Assembly (NCBI RefSeq): GCF_018350175.1
Contig: NC_058373.1
Location: 109,556,001-109,620,000, forward strand
From: Felis catus
Taxonomy: Eukaryota
Direction: 5' to 3'
DNA length: 64,000 nt
Part shown: one piece after another, positions 38,345 to 51,439 of the stretch
Layout: each line of letters opens with the position of its first letter
Position numbering within the stretch: position 1 is the first letter of the stretch
The notes under the pieces: generated by a model
Told to the model about the DNA's origin: nothing
Database searches by the model: none
Seen by the model: only the letters and a program-made list of their open reading frames with translations
Position numbers and translations under genes: made by a program

Positions 38345-39680
38345 TACACTACTATCTGACCCCCATATTCCACTTTAGATATATCTGCAAGAAAACTAAC
38401 AGCACATCCGCAAAAAAAAACTTGTACAAGAATGTTCATAGCACCTTCATTCACAGAAGCCAAAAACTGTAAACAGCCCATGCGCCCATGTGTCCATTAA
38501 CAGGAGACTAGATAAACAAACTGTGCTATATTTACATAATGGAATGCTACTCTATAATATAAAGGAATAAACAGCTGACACATGCATCAATGTGGATTAA
38601 TCTCAAAAATAGAATGTGTAAAAAGAAGCCTCACATAAAAGAATACACACTTCATGATTCCACTTTTACAACATTCTAAATAGGCAAAACTAATCTACGG
38701 TGAGAAAAAGGCACAATAGTTCTCTCATATCAGGGAGCTTTCGGAATTAACTGGAAGGCACATAAGGGACTTTCTGGGATGATGGTAATGTTCTCTATCT
38801 TGGTAAGAATTTGGATTTTACAGGTGTATGGGTTTGTCATAACTCATTTCACTGTATGTAAATTATACCCCAAAAGAATACAACTATAAACAAATATTAA
38901 ATTCTGTTTGATATACATGTTGAAGTATTTAGGAGGAAAGTTTACTTATGTCTGTAATTTACCTTGAAATGTATTTTTAAAATAAAATGGATCAATGGAC
39001 GGATAAAGGATAAATGGATACAAAAGCAGTAAATGCAAACATGGTAAAATGCTAAGGGCGAATATATGGTGTTCACTGTAAGACTCTTTTGCTTTCATTG
39101 AATGGTTAAAGTTTTTCATAATAAAAGTTGGGGAATGGGGAACAAAGGCAGAACAATGCGTGTGATCCCATCAGCATACATTTTTACGATTTTTAAGAGT
39201 ATAATTATGCTGAGACATACATTAAAAGTTTTCTTGATGACTACAAAAAAAAGAAAAAAACCTTTAAAACAAAATATGGTAAATCCACAACATGGAGTAT
39301 CATTTCATAATAAAAAGAAATAAGGCAGTGATAACATGCTACATGGATGAACCTTGCAAACATTATGTCAGGTTAAAGAAGCCAGTCACAGAAGAGCACA
39401 TGTTGTATGATCCCATCTGTATGAAAAATCCAGAAAAGGCAAATCTATGGAGACAATAGGTAGTGGTTGCCTCAGGCTGGGGGGAGAGGGACTACGTAGA
39501 AATGAAGAGTGAGTCTGCTCATGACTTTGAGGGCTTTTGTCTTCGGTTGATAAAAGTTTTATGAAATTAGTGGTGGTGGTTGCATAACTGTGAATATCCT
39601 AAAAACACGGACTCACTTGCTTGAAATGGGTGAATTTTATGGTATGTGAACTGTATCTCACTCAAGTTGGGTTTTCCCAA
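38345..39680 (+). mobile_element. Old L1 3' fragments (L1MC/ME-like), two consecutive
   Basis: cttgtacaagaatgttcatagca; aaggcaaatctatggagaca; ggtatgtgaactgtatctca motifs. Confidence 0.75.
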
Positions 39681-40091
39681 AACAAAGAACAAAAAAAAGA
39701 ATTTGAATAGTGACTACATTAAGGGAGAGGCTAAGGATTTAGGCCTGGAAAGACTTTAGATAATGTTTGAATTATTTTCATGGGAATATAATATTTTCCC
39801 AAACAGTAATTTTAAGAGAAAACAATTGAGAGTGCAACAAAAAAATCAAAAGTGGGATGTGGGGGCCTTTAAGGGGGTATGAGCCAAGACTAGAAGGGAG
39901 GTCTTCCTAGGGTGTTGGGCAGAAGCCTTGGCTGGGGGGGTGGGGGGGATGGGGGGGAACAGGTGCTAAAACAGCTAAGTTTGTCAGTATAAAAGAAGTT
40001 TGAAGCTGGTAATCTTATTTTCTACTGACATTAAAGGGGGTGGGGTTGGGATGAAGAACATGAAGAGTGTGGCACGGAAATTTGGGGTAGT

Positions 40092-40335
40092 TCCCTGCCT
40101 GGGTGGCTCAGTGGGTTAAGTGTCTGATTTCGGCTCAGGTCATGATCTCATGGTACATGAGTTCGAGTCCCATGTCGAGTCAGTCCATGTGCTGACAGCT
40201 CAGAGCCTGGATCCTGCTTCAGATTCTGTGTCTCCCCCTCTTTCTGCCCCAAACCCTGCCCATACTCTGTCTCTGTCTCTCTCTCTCTTAAAAAACAAAC
40301 ATTAAAAAAATTTTAAATTAAAAAAAAAAAAAAAA
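40092..40335 (+). mobile_element. CanSINE
   Basis: TSD tttggggtag(t/c)tcc and a long A tail. Confidence 0.9.
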
Positions 40336-41449
40336 GTTTGGGGTAGCTCCTAGAACGGACAGGATGGTGAGTGGAAATGCAAGGATAAAGGAAATATGGT
40401 TCTTTCTTGCAAGGGAGTAAATTTCAATCTTTTAAGTTATGAGGCATAAAATGTTGTGTTTGTACTCAGAATAAGTCAGTCATCCTACTGGACAGCAATC
40501 ACTGTTCAGAGCAATTTGGGAGTCAGAATCTTTCTTCAATCCTTGGTAGTTGTGTGACCTCAGAAAGGCTACTTCTCTAAGCCTTTGCTACCTTATCCTT
40601 ATCCACAAAATGGGGACTTCTACACCAGGATTGTTGTGAAAACCGAACGATAAATATAAAATTCTTCGCATAATACAAGACATATAGCATTTGATAAATG
40701 ATAGCTATTGTAGTTATTCATTCATAGTTACGTCACTACTGCAAATAACACAAGCATTTATTGCAAGTAATAATCCCAGGTTACCATGTGCCCAGCTTTG
40801 TGCTAATTGCTTTATACATATTATCTAATGTAATAAATACAACAATACTATAAAGTAAGTACCATTTTGCCTGCACTTTACAAATGAAACTGAGGCTTAG
40901 ATCAAGAAACTTTCCAAAGTCACACAGCTGAAAGTAGAAGCCAAACGATCCCAAGGTCTCTGATTTCCAAGTCCACAGCTGTCATGTGGGGTGCTCCAGC
41001 CAGAGACCTCTTACCTGAGAGATTTGGCAAGGATGAAGGGGGCTGTGGCTGACATCCATCCTGGTTCTGAGGCCTTAGATCATCTAGTGGCAGCAAAGTT
41101 TGACTCAAACTATATGATCAGTTCAGACTATGGTTTCAAAACAGGTGAACTAAATTAGAAAATGAAGAAACAGAAAATATGAACATCAGGGTATGGGCGA
41201 GACCATGAACAGAGCCAATCAAAAAACACTGGTCCAATCAATCTACAAATGCACACCTTGTAGCAGACTTTTAGGTTTGAGGAGCAGCTATGCAATTTTT
41301 TTTTTAATCTGCCTTTTTAAGGAATTATATCATGAACATGTATCATTGAAAAAAAAAACTGAATTCCCCTAGCTATCCCATAGTTTAGTCCCTGTTAAAA
41401 ACAAATCTAATGTGAACTTGATCTAATAGAAACAACAGGACACACTATT

Positions 41450-41675
41450 TTCTTTTTTTTAACATTTATCTATTTTTTTTGAGAGACAGAGACAGAGCAT
41501 GAGCTGGGTAGGGGACAGAAAGAGGGGGGGGGGGGGGGAGTCACAGATTCCGAAGCAGGCTCCAGGCTCCGAGCTGTCAGCACAGAGCCCGATGCAGGGC
41601 TCGAACCCATGAACCACGAGATCATGACCTGAGCCGAAGTCGGATGCTTAACCGACTGAGCCACCCAAGCACCCC
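41450..41675 (-). mobile_element. CanSINE with an internal G run
   Basis: TSD aacaggacacactatt on both sides. Confidence 0.93.
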
Positions 41676-42049
41676 TAACAGGACACACTATTATATAAAG
41701 ATCTGTGAAACAGGAATTGGACTGTACATTACTTTGCCTCCATTATTATAAATATTTATTTACAGGCAGGAGGCAATATTATACAAAGAATTAGATATTT
41801 CATTGAAATCAACTTAGATTTCTTTGAACCCTGAAATTCTTTGTTACCAGTTTCTTTTCCTTGTAACTTACCAACAGGGTGATCTTCAGATGTTACAAAT
41901 GGTTATGTTTTGAAATATAAAATTGCTGAATTTACAAGGATTTTTCCCTCCCCAAATCTGAACATGAAACATTAACTCCACATAGTTCCAAATCTGATTT
42001 CATTAGCCAAGAGAGCAGATCACATCGAAATCAAATGCTTTACAAAGTA

Positions 42050-42535
42050 TCCCATGGTTGATTAAAGAGGACACCCCTCTTGTCACATCACAGTGAGGTC
42101 TATGTCCCCTGCACTTGATTCTGAGCAGACCCCGTGACTCCTTGACCAATAAAATACGTCAGAAGTGATGCCATGACAGTCTTTGGGCACAGGCCTCAAA
42201 GAATTGGCAATTTACATTTCCTGTCTCTTAGAATAATCGTTTTTAGAACCCAGTTGCCACCCTGTAAGGAAGCCCGAGAAAGCCCATGTCTTGAAGAACT
42301 GAGGCCTCTGGCTGACCCCGAAGCCAACAACCAGCACCAACTTGCCAGCCGTGTGAGTCCCAGCCATGTTGGAAGTGAATTCTCCTGCCCCACTTGATAA
42401 ACCCAAGTCGACACTTGAGGAGCAGAGACAAGATGTCCTTGCCAAGCTCACCCAAACTGTAGACTTGTGAATGAAACGATGAACTACTGGACCATGCCAC
42501 TCAGTTTTGGAGTAGTATGCCCATAAAGCAAAAGA
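42050..42535 (+). mobile_element. MLT1-type MaLR LTR
   Basis: cttgaccaataaaata..cagaagtgatg; ccatgttggaagtgaattctcctgcccca; ccactcagttttggagtagt motifs. Confidence 0.7.
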
Positions 42536-42667
42536 CGCTGGACCACTGCCCAACATTACATCCCCCTAATCATCTCAAGATGAAAGCCTGAACATACCAA
42601 CCCCACTGCCTCATAACTAAGCGGATCAAATCTGTTATTTGTATGGTTGAAATGGCCACGGAGGACA

Positions 42668-42720
42668 GAAACAAACACACACACACCGCCAGGCACCTGA
42701 AAACTCTTTGCTGCTTTATT
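42668..42720 (-). terminator. Distal polyadenylation site: AATAAA (42720-42715) plus downstream GU-rich element
   Basis: The + strand tttatt at 42715-42720 is followed on the mRNA sense by GGTGTGTGTGTGTTTGTTTC at about 42687-42668, the canonical spacing for a CstF element. Confidence 0.75.
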
Positions 42721-43071
42721 AGGATGCACCCACAGTACAGAGCCTCTCACATGGCTGTGAAAGGGGAAGGTTACATTTCTCTTTGGGAGCACCTTCATTT
42801 TTGTTTCTGTTACCACTTTGAAGAAAGTAAATCATTTTCAAAGAAAGACATCTTAAATTCCAAGTGTTTCAGACTCAGCTTGCATTTTGTTGTGTTTGAA
42901 AAGGAAGTAGCATATTTTAGCCAGAGCTGGAAGATTGTTTTGTGGCATTTGAATTTTGATGTGGATCAGAAGTCTTCACTGTCTGGTTAAACCAGTCTAT
43001 AATTTTCATATGCAACTTTTCGTATCAAAAATGTTTCATTTTTACCTCTGCCGACAAACAGATGCTGTTTT

Positions 43072-43110
<39 letters not shown>

Positions 43111-46100
43111 CAATTAAATTGAAAACCAATACGAACCACGGCATTTCTAACAGGGAACATAAACTTTTGCTGCCCTCTCCTGCTAAAACAATAGAATACT
43201 ACAATACCAAAAGATTGATGAGGCTAAAGCGCAATTTTCAAACGAAAACCAATGGATATGTCATTCTCACGAGACCTCAATCAAAAATCAGACAACAACC
43301 AGAAAATGTATTGGTAATATTTATATTTGAAAGTTCCCCATTGATACATGAGGTCTGGATTACAACTTATTTACAATAAGTGATTTCAAAAAAAAAAAAA
43401 AAAGTAAAGAAAGAGAAGGAAGGGAGGGAACGGAGAAGGTAGAAGGGAAGGAAGGCAGGAAGGAGGCAGGGCGGGGCGGGGGGAAGGGTGGGAAGGAGGA
43501 AGGGAAGAAAAGGAAACCTATATTCATAGACATCATAAACTGGGATGTTTATTTCCAAGAGAGAGATTACTGCTGCTGTCGTGCACAGGAAGCAGCACAA
43601 ATTAACATTCCACTAGATCAAAATTTGCTCAACTTTCTCTCAAGATGCACAATCCTTTTAGATTTTCAAAATTAAATACTGAGAAATATAAAACACATTG
43701 CCAATATGCCTACTACAAAAATCCTTTGTGGGTCACTCCTTAACTTCACTCAGAGAAGCAGCTGAGCCAGAATATAAAAATAAAAATATTGATGTGCAAA
43801 TAAAACACCACTGATCATGTCTGGTGCCACCTTTTTGCTACAGGTGACACAACTTTGTGATAACATTGGTAATAGCATCAAAAGAGAGAATCTCTTCATT
43901 TCCTGGGCCAGCTCAGTGCACCTAATTAAAGGCAAAGGACAAAACAGAAGGGGGGAAAAAAAACACAGAAAAACTCTGAAGACTTAAAAATGCCAGTAAC
44001 ATCCATACATCTTCCCTTTCCCACCCCCCGATCCCCACAAAAAAATAAAAAAGCTTTTAAAGCTCTAAATATACTTTTTTTTTTCTTTCCATAGTGTGAT
44101 TGAGCCTAGGGCTATACATTTCTGTATAGCAGGTGCAATTACAAGCAATTCCTGGCTCTTTCCTGGACTGTCCCACGCATAGGAGGTACAAAATAAATTA
44201 AACCCTTCCATTTAGGCAAGCAAGCCCAAGATGAAGGAGCATAACCCTGCTTGTGAGTATCCAGCGGCATCGAGGGTATTAGTTATTTCTTACTTTTTTT
44301 TATTTTTTATTTTATTTTATTTTTTATAAAAAACAGTCAGATGTCAGGGAGAGCAAAATATAATAAAATTTAAAGGAACAAAAACACAACACGGGAGGGA
44401 AACAACTGGGGACCACTTGCACAACGAGAAAAGGAATGCATGCTTGATTCAAAGTATGAGATGGGTCAGTTCACTCACATGGTTGTTCTAGGCCCACAGC
44501 CTAAGACCTCGGCATCATTCTAAAACCACAGGGTTTGGTTTGATTTCGTTTTTTGTTTTTTTTGTTTTTTTTTTTTCTTCCAAAGACACTCTTTATCCTA
44601 TCCCTGAAACCAATATGGTAGGGATGAGGCTGGAGTGATCGTCACTCACTAACTACAATATTTGCTATTTAAAAAATATATTTATATATAGTTCTGGAAA
44701 TTATGAAGCCAACAAAATAGAACACAAAGATGCATTTGTCACAATTAAGTCAGGCTGCAACAACAGCAGAAATGTGGGAAAGGACAGAGAGAGGGGGCTG
44801 CTGTGAATGCAGCAAGTACGGCCTTAACTATGTCACAGAGTGCAACAGTCAGGTCACCTCGGTTACTCTGCGCCACCGGACACAACATGACAGATGTCAC
44901 ATTGTCACTTTCGGTTTAAAAAAGGAAAGACAGCGTTTCTTCTCAGAAGTTGCCCTATACATTTTAGACATAAATTTATAATTGCTTCTGTACGTATGTC
45001 TAAAATTCGGCTTTGTTCTTCTCAGTTTGGAATGGTCAACGTCCAGATTTAACATCAAGGGTATCTGTGCAGTCCTCACCTTTGCTCGGAGGCAGGCAGA
45101 GGTGCACGACAGGATCCTCGTTTTTCTCATCGCAAATGACTGCGTTTCGTTGTAATGGGCAGAGAGTTCATGAACCAGGGATTTTAAACGTCCTCTATCT
45201 AAAAAGATGAATTAATGGCAAACAAGTTTATACTGTCAAAAACAAATGTAATGCAGACTCAAAACTAACGGGGCTCAAATCAAAAGAGCTAAAGGAGATG
45301 ATTTGTTACAAATTTATTTTTTATCTTTAGTGTTTGAACTTGCACCTTTGCTCCAGCACTTTTAAAGTAAGTTGTTTCATTTCAGCAGCCTCTGCCAGCT
45401 TTACATTGAATCCCCATTAATGTTCTTAAAAAAAAAAAAAAAAAAAAAAATCTTCATTCAATTAAACCATGTTGTGTTGGGTGTTGCATATGACTCTTTT
45501 ACTGCTGTTTCTTTTTCAGAATTAACATAGCCAAGTTTTGTTTTTGTTTTACAAAGTTACTGAGATGACAATATCCATAATTAGCAGACTTTTTTTACGC
45601 ACAAACTGTGACCTGATAATCCTGAAACACTTAATAGGGGAGAAAGGTCAGCGGCTTTTATTTTCCTTTTTTCTTGGAAACGATAAAACTGCATATTCTA
45701 CTTTATATTTAAGTGGAAGGAAGAAAATATACAAGTCCATATTGATATTATATTTCTATTAAGAGCAACAACATTTCATATGTTCATGTTTGCTACTATC
45801 ACAATTCAATACATGAACACAGAATCAGCCCTATGCCACGAATACTGCTGGAGGTGAAGGTTTAGGATTATCAACTCACTGCTGCCACGTCCATAACAAG
45901 CAAAAGCATCCTGAAAATAAATTCCAAAACACGTTATCTTTCAGTACATAATAATGCAACCGCATCAGGTTAAGTACATACTGGACACAAATTTCATCAG
46001 CATCTTATCTCCCCAAGATGTAGTAAGATTCCTCTTTTAAATACAAAGCAGAGAGCCAATAAGGTATAGATCTATAATACAGCCCTAAATTTTGTTTTTG

Positions 46101-47439
46101 TTTTTTTCTTAAACAATTTGGTCACAATGCACCTTTGATATAAAAGCATTTTTAAACTTTATTATTAATACTCAGGACATTAGGGATTTCCAGATTTTTT
46201 TTTTTCAGTAGCATTTGTAGAACCACTTTTGGTAACAAATACAGTAGTTAGGAATACGCATCCAATTCAGAATGCATAATAATGTTTATCCTGAATCCTT
46301 TCTGGCTAAAAACAGGGCTGGCGCTATGATGAGATATAGAACGAGAATCTACAAAAAACACTGTAATATGTTTGTTTTTTCCCAGAGGCTACATCCTCTT
46401 TTGCTGGAATACTTTATAAATACATATTAAAAAGTAAGGCAACAACTCCAAACAGTCCAAGCTGTTTGCTCAACTCTCTTCCCAATTAGATTCACAATCC
46501 TGGTGATCAATCTCATGGTTGTACTGTTTAGTGTTTGTCTTTCTTATTACAAAATGGTCCAAAAGGATGTTTTCTGACATTTCTCAAACATCTCTGGTAT
46601 GTGTGTTCAATGATGGATGCAACTAATACTGGTCAGGTACTGAAGCCTATGATGTCCCAGTACCTGTTTTCAAAGGATTCAAGACATTGATTTGGATCCA
46701 CCATAAACTGGATGCATGAACCCAAAATTCCCTTCCCTACTATGTTTATCACCTCTTCTCTTTTACTCCTAATTTTAAAACTAAAGGAGTACCAGGACTA
46801 CCTGGTTACTGGAAAGATGTTCACTCCAGTAAACAAAACTTTTACCAGGGACCTTCACAATTCATGGCCCCCTTCCACATGGACATTCAACTCATGAAGA
46901 TGTGCAAAAGGAAAAGATGTTAAATTACAGTCAAGTTATCCAGAGGAGGATGTTATACAAACTGATAAGGAAATGACAGTTTTTTTTTCTTCCATTACTA
47001 TAAATACATTTAACAGCTTAGCAGAAAGACAAGCTAAATTTAAGATTGTTCACATTTGAAAATTGTTTCATACTCTCTGCTAAGGATAAATAAGGAACTC
47101 CTGATAATAGAATTTTAACATAGCAATTTCATCAACAGATCTCTGAAGACTGTTTTTTGTTTTTTTGTGTGGTTTTTTTTTTTTTTTTTAAAGAGGGTTA
47201 GAACAATGATTATGTTTGCAAAGTTCTGAGAAGTCCATCTACTGTCCAAACTTTGGACTGAAGTCCTTTTTTTTTTTTTTTTCCTTTACTTAGAGACAGG
47301 TATATACAGTGCTGTTGTAATAATGAAACAAATGTGAAATCTACTGCAAAGGTGCACAATACAGAAAACTGTTCCTCCCATCTTCTACTACATAAATGTG
47401 TGACTCCACAGGTTAGTGATGCTGCTGTCGTTATTTCTG
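42695..47439 (-). other. PPP2R5E: PPP2R5E long 3'UTR (~4.7 kb, no obvious interspersed repeats, AU-rich)
   Basis: Continuous from the stop codon, with no SINE/L1 recognised in 4.7 kb despite dense SINEs on both sides. Ends at a canonical poly(A) signal. The 3' end is inferred. Confidence 0.75.
43073..43111. repeat. (CA)n microsatellite in the 3'UTR ((UG)n on the mRNA)
   Basis: Directly visible, about 19 units with one interruption. Confidence 0.95.
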
Positions 47440-47539
47440 TTAAGTTGGAATTATGCCATCACGTCTAAGACCTCTCTTTAATTCCAGATCCTCCAGTTTT
47501 TTCCACAATTCTTCACGTTCCTTTTCTTTCTTTTTCTCA
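47440..47539 (-). CDS. PPP2R5E: B56-epsilon terminal coding segment: (R)[36 protein letters not shown]
   Basis: CAG acceptor at 47540-47542, TAA stop at 47442-47440. The C-terminus ..[10 protein letters not shown] is the epsilon isoform's, as I recall it. Confidence 0.97.
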
Positions 47540-49211
47540 CTGGGGAGAAAACAGAATACAAGGTAAACAACTAGGAAAGTCGGAAAAGATTACCTAACCG
47601 TAACTGCCCCTACTCTTCCCCCATGTATATTTTAGAAGTAGTCTTTGAAAAGTTTGGTATTAAGCTTGTGGGTATTTCTTCATTTCGGTTTTTCTCTTGC
47701 TTTTTTTTTTTCTTCATACTTACATACACAGAAACGTATGTACTGAGCAAGAGATGACAAGACTATTTTAAGATTTCAAATTAATATTCATTTTTACTTA
47801 GCCTAACAATGAAAGTTAACTTCAAAATGACCAAGAAACAAAAACAGAGGTCACTTCTATGTATCCATTATCTTAAAGATCCAAAGACGCATTAAGCGAT
47901 TTTTATTGGGGATCTAGTTAAAATCTAATTTTCTCTTTGCCTCCAAAGAGTTTCTCAAAAGGGATGCTAGGGATGATACTGATGCAGAGCAAGTAGTAGG
48001 TCAAGAAAATATACTTTCCCTTTATTATTATCTATTTTCCCTACACCATGTGTAGTAAATCCTTTAGCAGAATCTTGTTCTTGCAAGTATTAATCAACCA
48101 CAAAATCCATGTTATTAACTTATTCTATACCTATATATACAACCAAATAAAATGTTCTTTCTTTTGTGACTTGAGTTGTAACAATCTGGAAGGAACTTCA
48201 CTGACAGTATCATGAATCAAATTTTTAATGTTCCAAGCCTTCAAATTTGGCTCAATACCAATTTGACTAGTAAATTTGATAAATTTTACTAAAAAACTGG
48301 ACGCCCAAAATAGGGTCAACAAATTTTTTTTGCCAAGGACCTTTTATATCACCGTATTTTGATAAAAGAAAGGATGTTAATTTTAACATCAACCAGATAG
48401 AAAATACAAAATCAAGGAATATATAGGACTATACAGTAAATTAAGTACATTCCCATTTATTAAAAATAATCCACTGCTATCCCTAGCTTTCTCATACTGT
48501 GATGAACCAGTAAACAGCAGACTCAGGTAAGAGTTGTGAATCTGATCCTTCCTGAAAATGGGGGCCCTGCCATCTCAGCCATGGGGATATGGTCCCTGTG
48601 CCACTTTAGCTAGCCAGGCCTTAACCTCAGTTACAGTACAGTATGCACTCAGGGAAATCCACACAGGTTAAGTGAAAGCTGTATATAATTCCAATGCCTC
48701 ATATTTTTTAATGTCATCCCCAAGTTTTAAAAAAGTATTTGATATCTACGGCCATACAAATTAACCCCAATCTCTAGAAGTACTTAATTTTATATTCTCA
48801 TTCTACTAGTCTTGAGGAAATATTTGATTCTGTAGTATAATAATTAATATTATCATTTCATAATTAATATTTTGATAATTTAGGCCTTTATACTATGACT
48901 AGTGTCAGCTGTTTCTAATACAATCTGCACAATATGAATTCCAATGGGCATAACAATGTTTCCAACAGGTCTCTATCTGGTAATTTTGACTCCAAGAATT
49001 ATATCTGCAGGGCAATAGAGACTAAATTAGATGATCCTCCAATCATGAATTCCAAATTCTTAACTGTAAGTAAGCTGTTTGGTAAATTAATCATTTTTGG
49101 TTTTTCAGTAAGGTTTAGGAATAATATTAGGTCTAAATAAATGTTACCAAAGAACACTGATGGCCTTTTCATTTGGAGGGGGAAAAAGGTGTTAAGCAAG
49201 GGTTTAGGAAC

Positions 49212-49268
49212 TTTTTAATTTTTAAAATTATTTATTTATTTTGAGAGAGTGTGTGTGAGCAGAAGAGG

Positions 49269-49306
<38 letters not shown>

Positions 49307-49386
49307 CTATTAGGCTCCTCAGGTTCAGTGCACAGAGCCCGACGCAGGGCTGGAACCCACAAAACCATGGGCCACCCAGGGGTCCC
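49212..49386 (-). mobile_element. CanSINE (internally deleted), last intron
   Basis: Reverse SINE with a (GA)n tract and a shortened head. Confidence 0.85.
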
Positions 49387-49539
49387 AGGAACTTTCTCTG
49401 ACTAAAACACAGGTTAAACATAGGTTAGGTTCACACTGTCCTAATTTGAACTTTAAATTAAGTGCTGCCATCATTAAAACACCCATCATCTTGTTCCTGA
49501 AGCATTTCATTCACATCTGTGATCAAGAGTTTTATGGCT

Positions 49540-49755
49540 GGGGCGCCTGGGTGGCTCAGTTGGTTAAGCATCCAACTTTGGCTTAGGTCACAATCTCACG
49601 GTTCATGGGTTTGAGCCCCGGGGTCAGGCTCTGTGCTGACAGCTTAGAGCCGGAGCCTACTTTGGATTCTGTGTCTCCCTCTCTCTCTGCCCCTTCCCTG
49701 CTCACACTTTCTCTTGGTCTCTCAAAAATAAATAAATAAACGTTAAAAAAATAAA
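49540..49755 (+). mobile_element. CanSINE, last intron
   Basis: TSD agttttatggc on both sides. Confidence 0.93.
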
Positions 49756-50302
49756 AGTTTTATGGCATTCAATACAATTTGTCCTGTGGAGCTTTCTTCC
49801 AGATGAGTTTTATGCTGACTTATTATACATCTTCTATACTGACAACTTTACCTTCAAATATTCTAAATATTTCTGATGTAGTTTACTGTCATTCCATTCT
49901 TTCCTACTTTTTTCTCTCTCTGTAGGTGGGAATTTTAAAGCTTAACCATACTGTCATGCTAGGATTACTGTCAAATTCTCTTCCAATTTTAATTTCACAT
50001 CGCACTAATGTTAGCATATGCATATAACAATGCTAGTTATTTCTTCTACTCACCATTTCCAGATTTATAATACTTAAAAAATTTATCTAAACTGAAACAC
50101 TTAAACTTGGTGCCATCCAGAAGTAAACTCTTCCATTTAGCTCTTCTCTAATAGTAGCAAATAAATCTCTTTCTTCCCTTTCCCTAGTCTCACATCCAGG
50201 GAGCAGCCAACGTTTCCATCTGTTCAGTACAATCTTCTATTGATCGTTTAACAAAACATTACCCTTACTTTAAAAAAGTCCTTCTTTCATTAAAAAAAGT
50301 CC

Positions 50303-50516
50303 GGGGGCGCCTGGTTAAGCGACCGACTTCAGCTCAGGTCATGATCTTGCCGTTTCCGAGTTCGAGCCTCGCATCGGGCTCTCTCCTGACAGCTCAGAGC
50401 CTGGAGCCGGTTTCAGATTCTGTGCCTCCCTCTCTCTCTCTGCCCCTTCCCCACTCGTGCTCTGTCTTTCTCTCTCAAAAACAAATAAAGGTTAAATTTT
50501 TTTTTTTTTTTTTTTA
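50303..50516 (+). mobile_element. CanSINE with an A-box deletion and T-rich tail
   Basis: Head reads ggggcgcctggttaagcg, lacking gtggctcagtcgg. TSD aaagtcc. Confidence 0.9.
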
Positions 50517-51439
50517 AAGTCCACTCATGGTAAGTCACTCTAATACACCAGATGTTCAGAATCAACTTCACCAAGTCTATTCCTGGGCCCCTTGGTCAAT
50601 AGGTATCTTTTTCAAGGATTTGGTCTATTTAATTTAAATGATAAGCTACCAAAATTCAATACATATGAATTAATTTAATTCAATTTGAATATTTTAGAAA
50701 TAAGGTCTTTATTTCTCTTAATGGAATTCTACAGATTTTTCTTTCATCCTTATTGAAAGAGGATAATAATTACGGGTTTTCAGTTGCTTTAAAAGAAAAG
50801 GACATTATGTAAAACACACTCTTTAACGGTACACCACAGTATGAGAATGTGCCCTTTATTTCCTCTACTTAAATAACACTTTTAAATAAAGACTTTAAGA
50901 GTTTGAGCCAAGGAGGGTTATAAACGTAATAATTTACAACAACTGTAAACAGTTAAATTGAAAGTTCCTTAAATTACAAGTACGGCACAACATATCCCAT
51001 AAGTGATATTTATCCCAATATTGTATAAAATACCCCAGCCTCTTCTGCCTACAGGTAAACCACTTGCCATATTCCATAATTAAATTTGCTTTTCAATATA
51101 ACCACATTCTGGTAATTTTTTTAAAAAAAATCACTATGATAGTCCTCTGCCCCGCCACCAAACCTTTCCCCTCATTGCTCTTTTTATCAGTAAAATGTAA
51201 GTAACACATGCAAAATCAGGCAAAGCAAAGAAGCAAGGGAACCACACATAGCTCTGTTCAGGAGGTTCAGCAAGGTCTTGGGTCTGAATGAGCGTACACA
51301 CCCCTGGGATCTTCTAAAGTCCATAGTATACAAAGTCCATACTATACAAAGCTGACATTTGCTTCTGGATCAAAGCGAAACCAGAAGCCCAACTACTAAC
51401 AAGCTCTCTAGACCTTCCTCAAGTTCTCCAAGTATATCT

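Noticed and set aside
51317..51352. 16-bp tandem duplication aaagtccata(g/c)tatac
   Set aside because: Ordinary local slippage in an intron, with nothing further to support.
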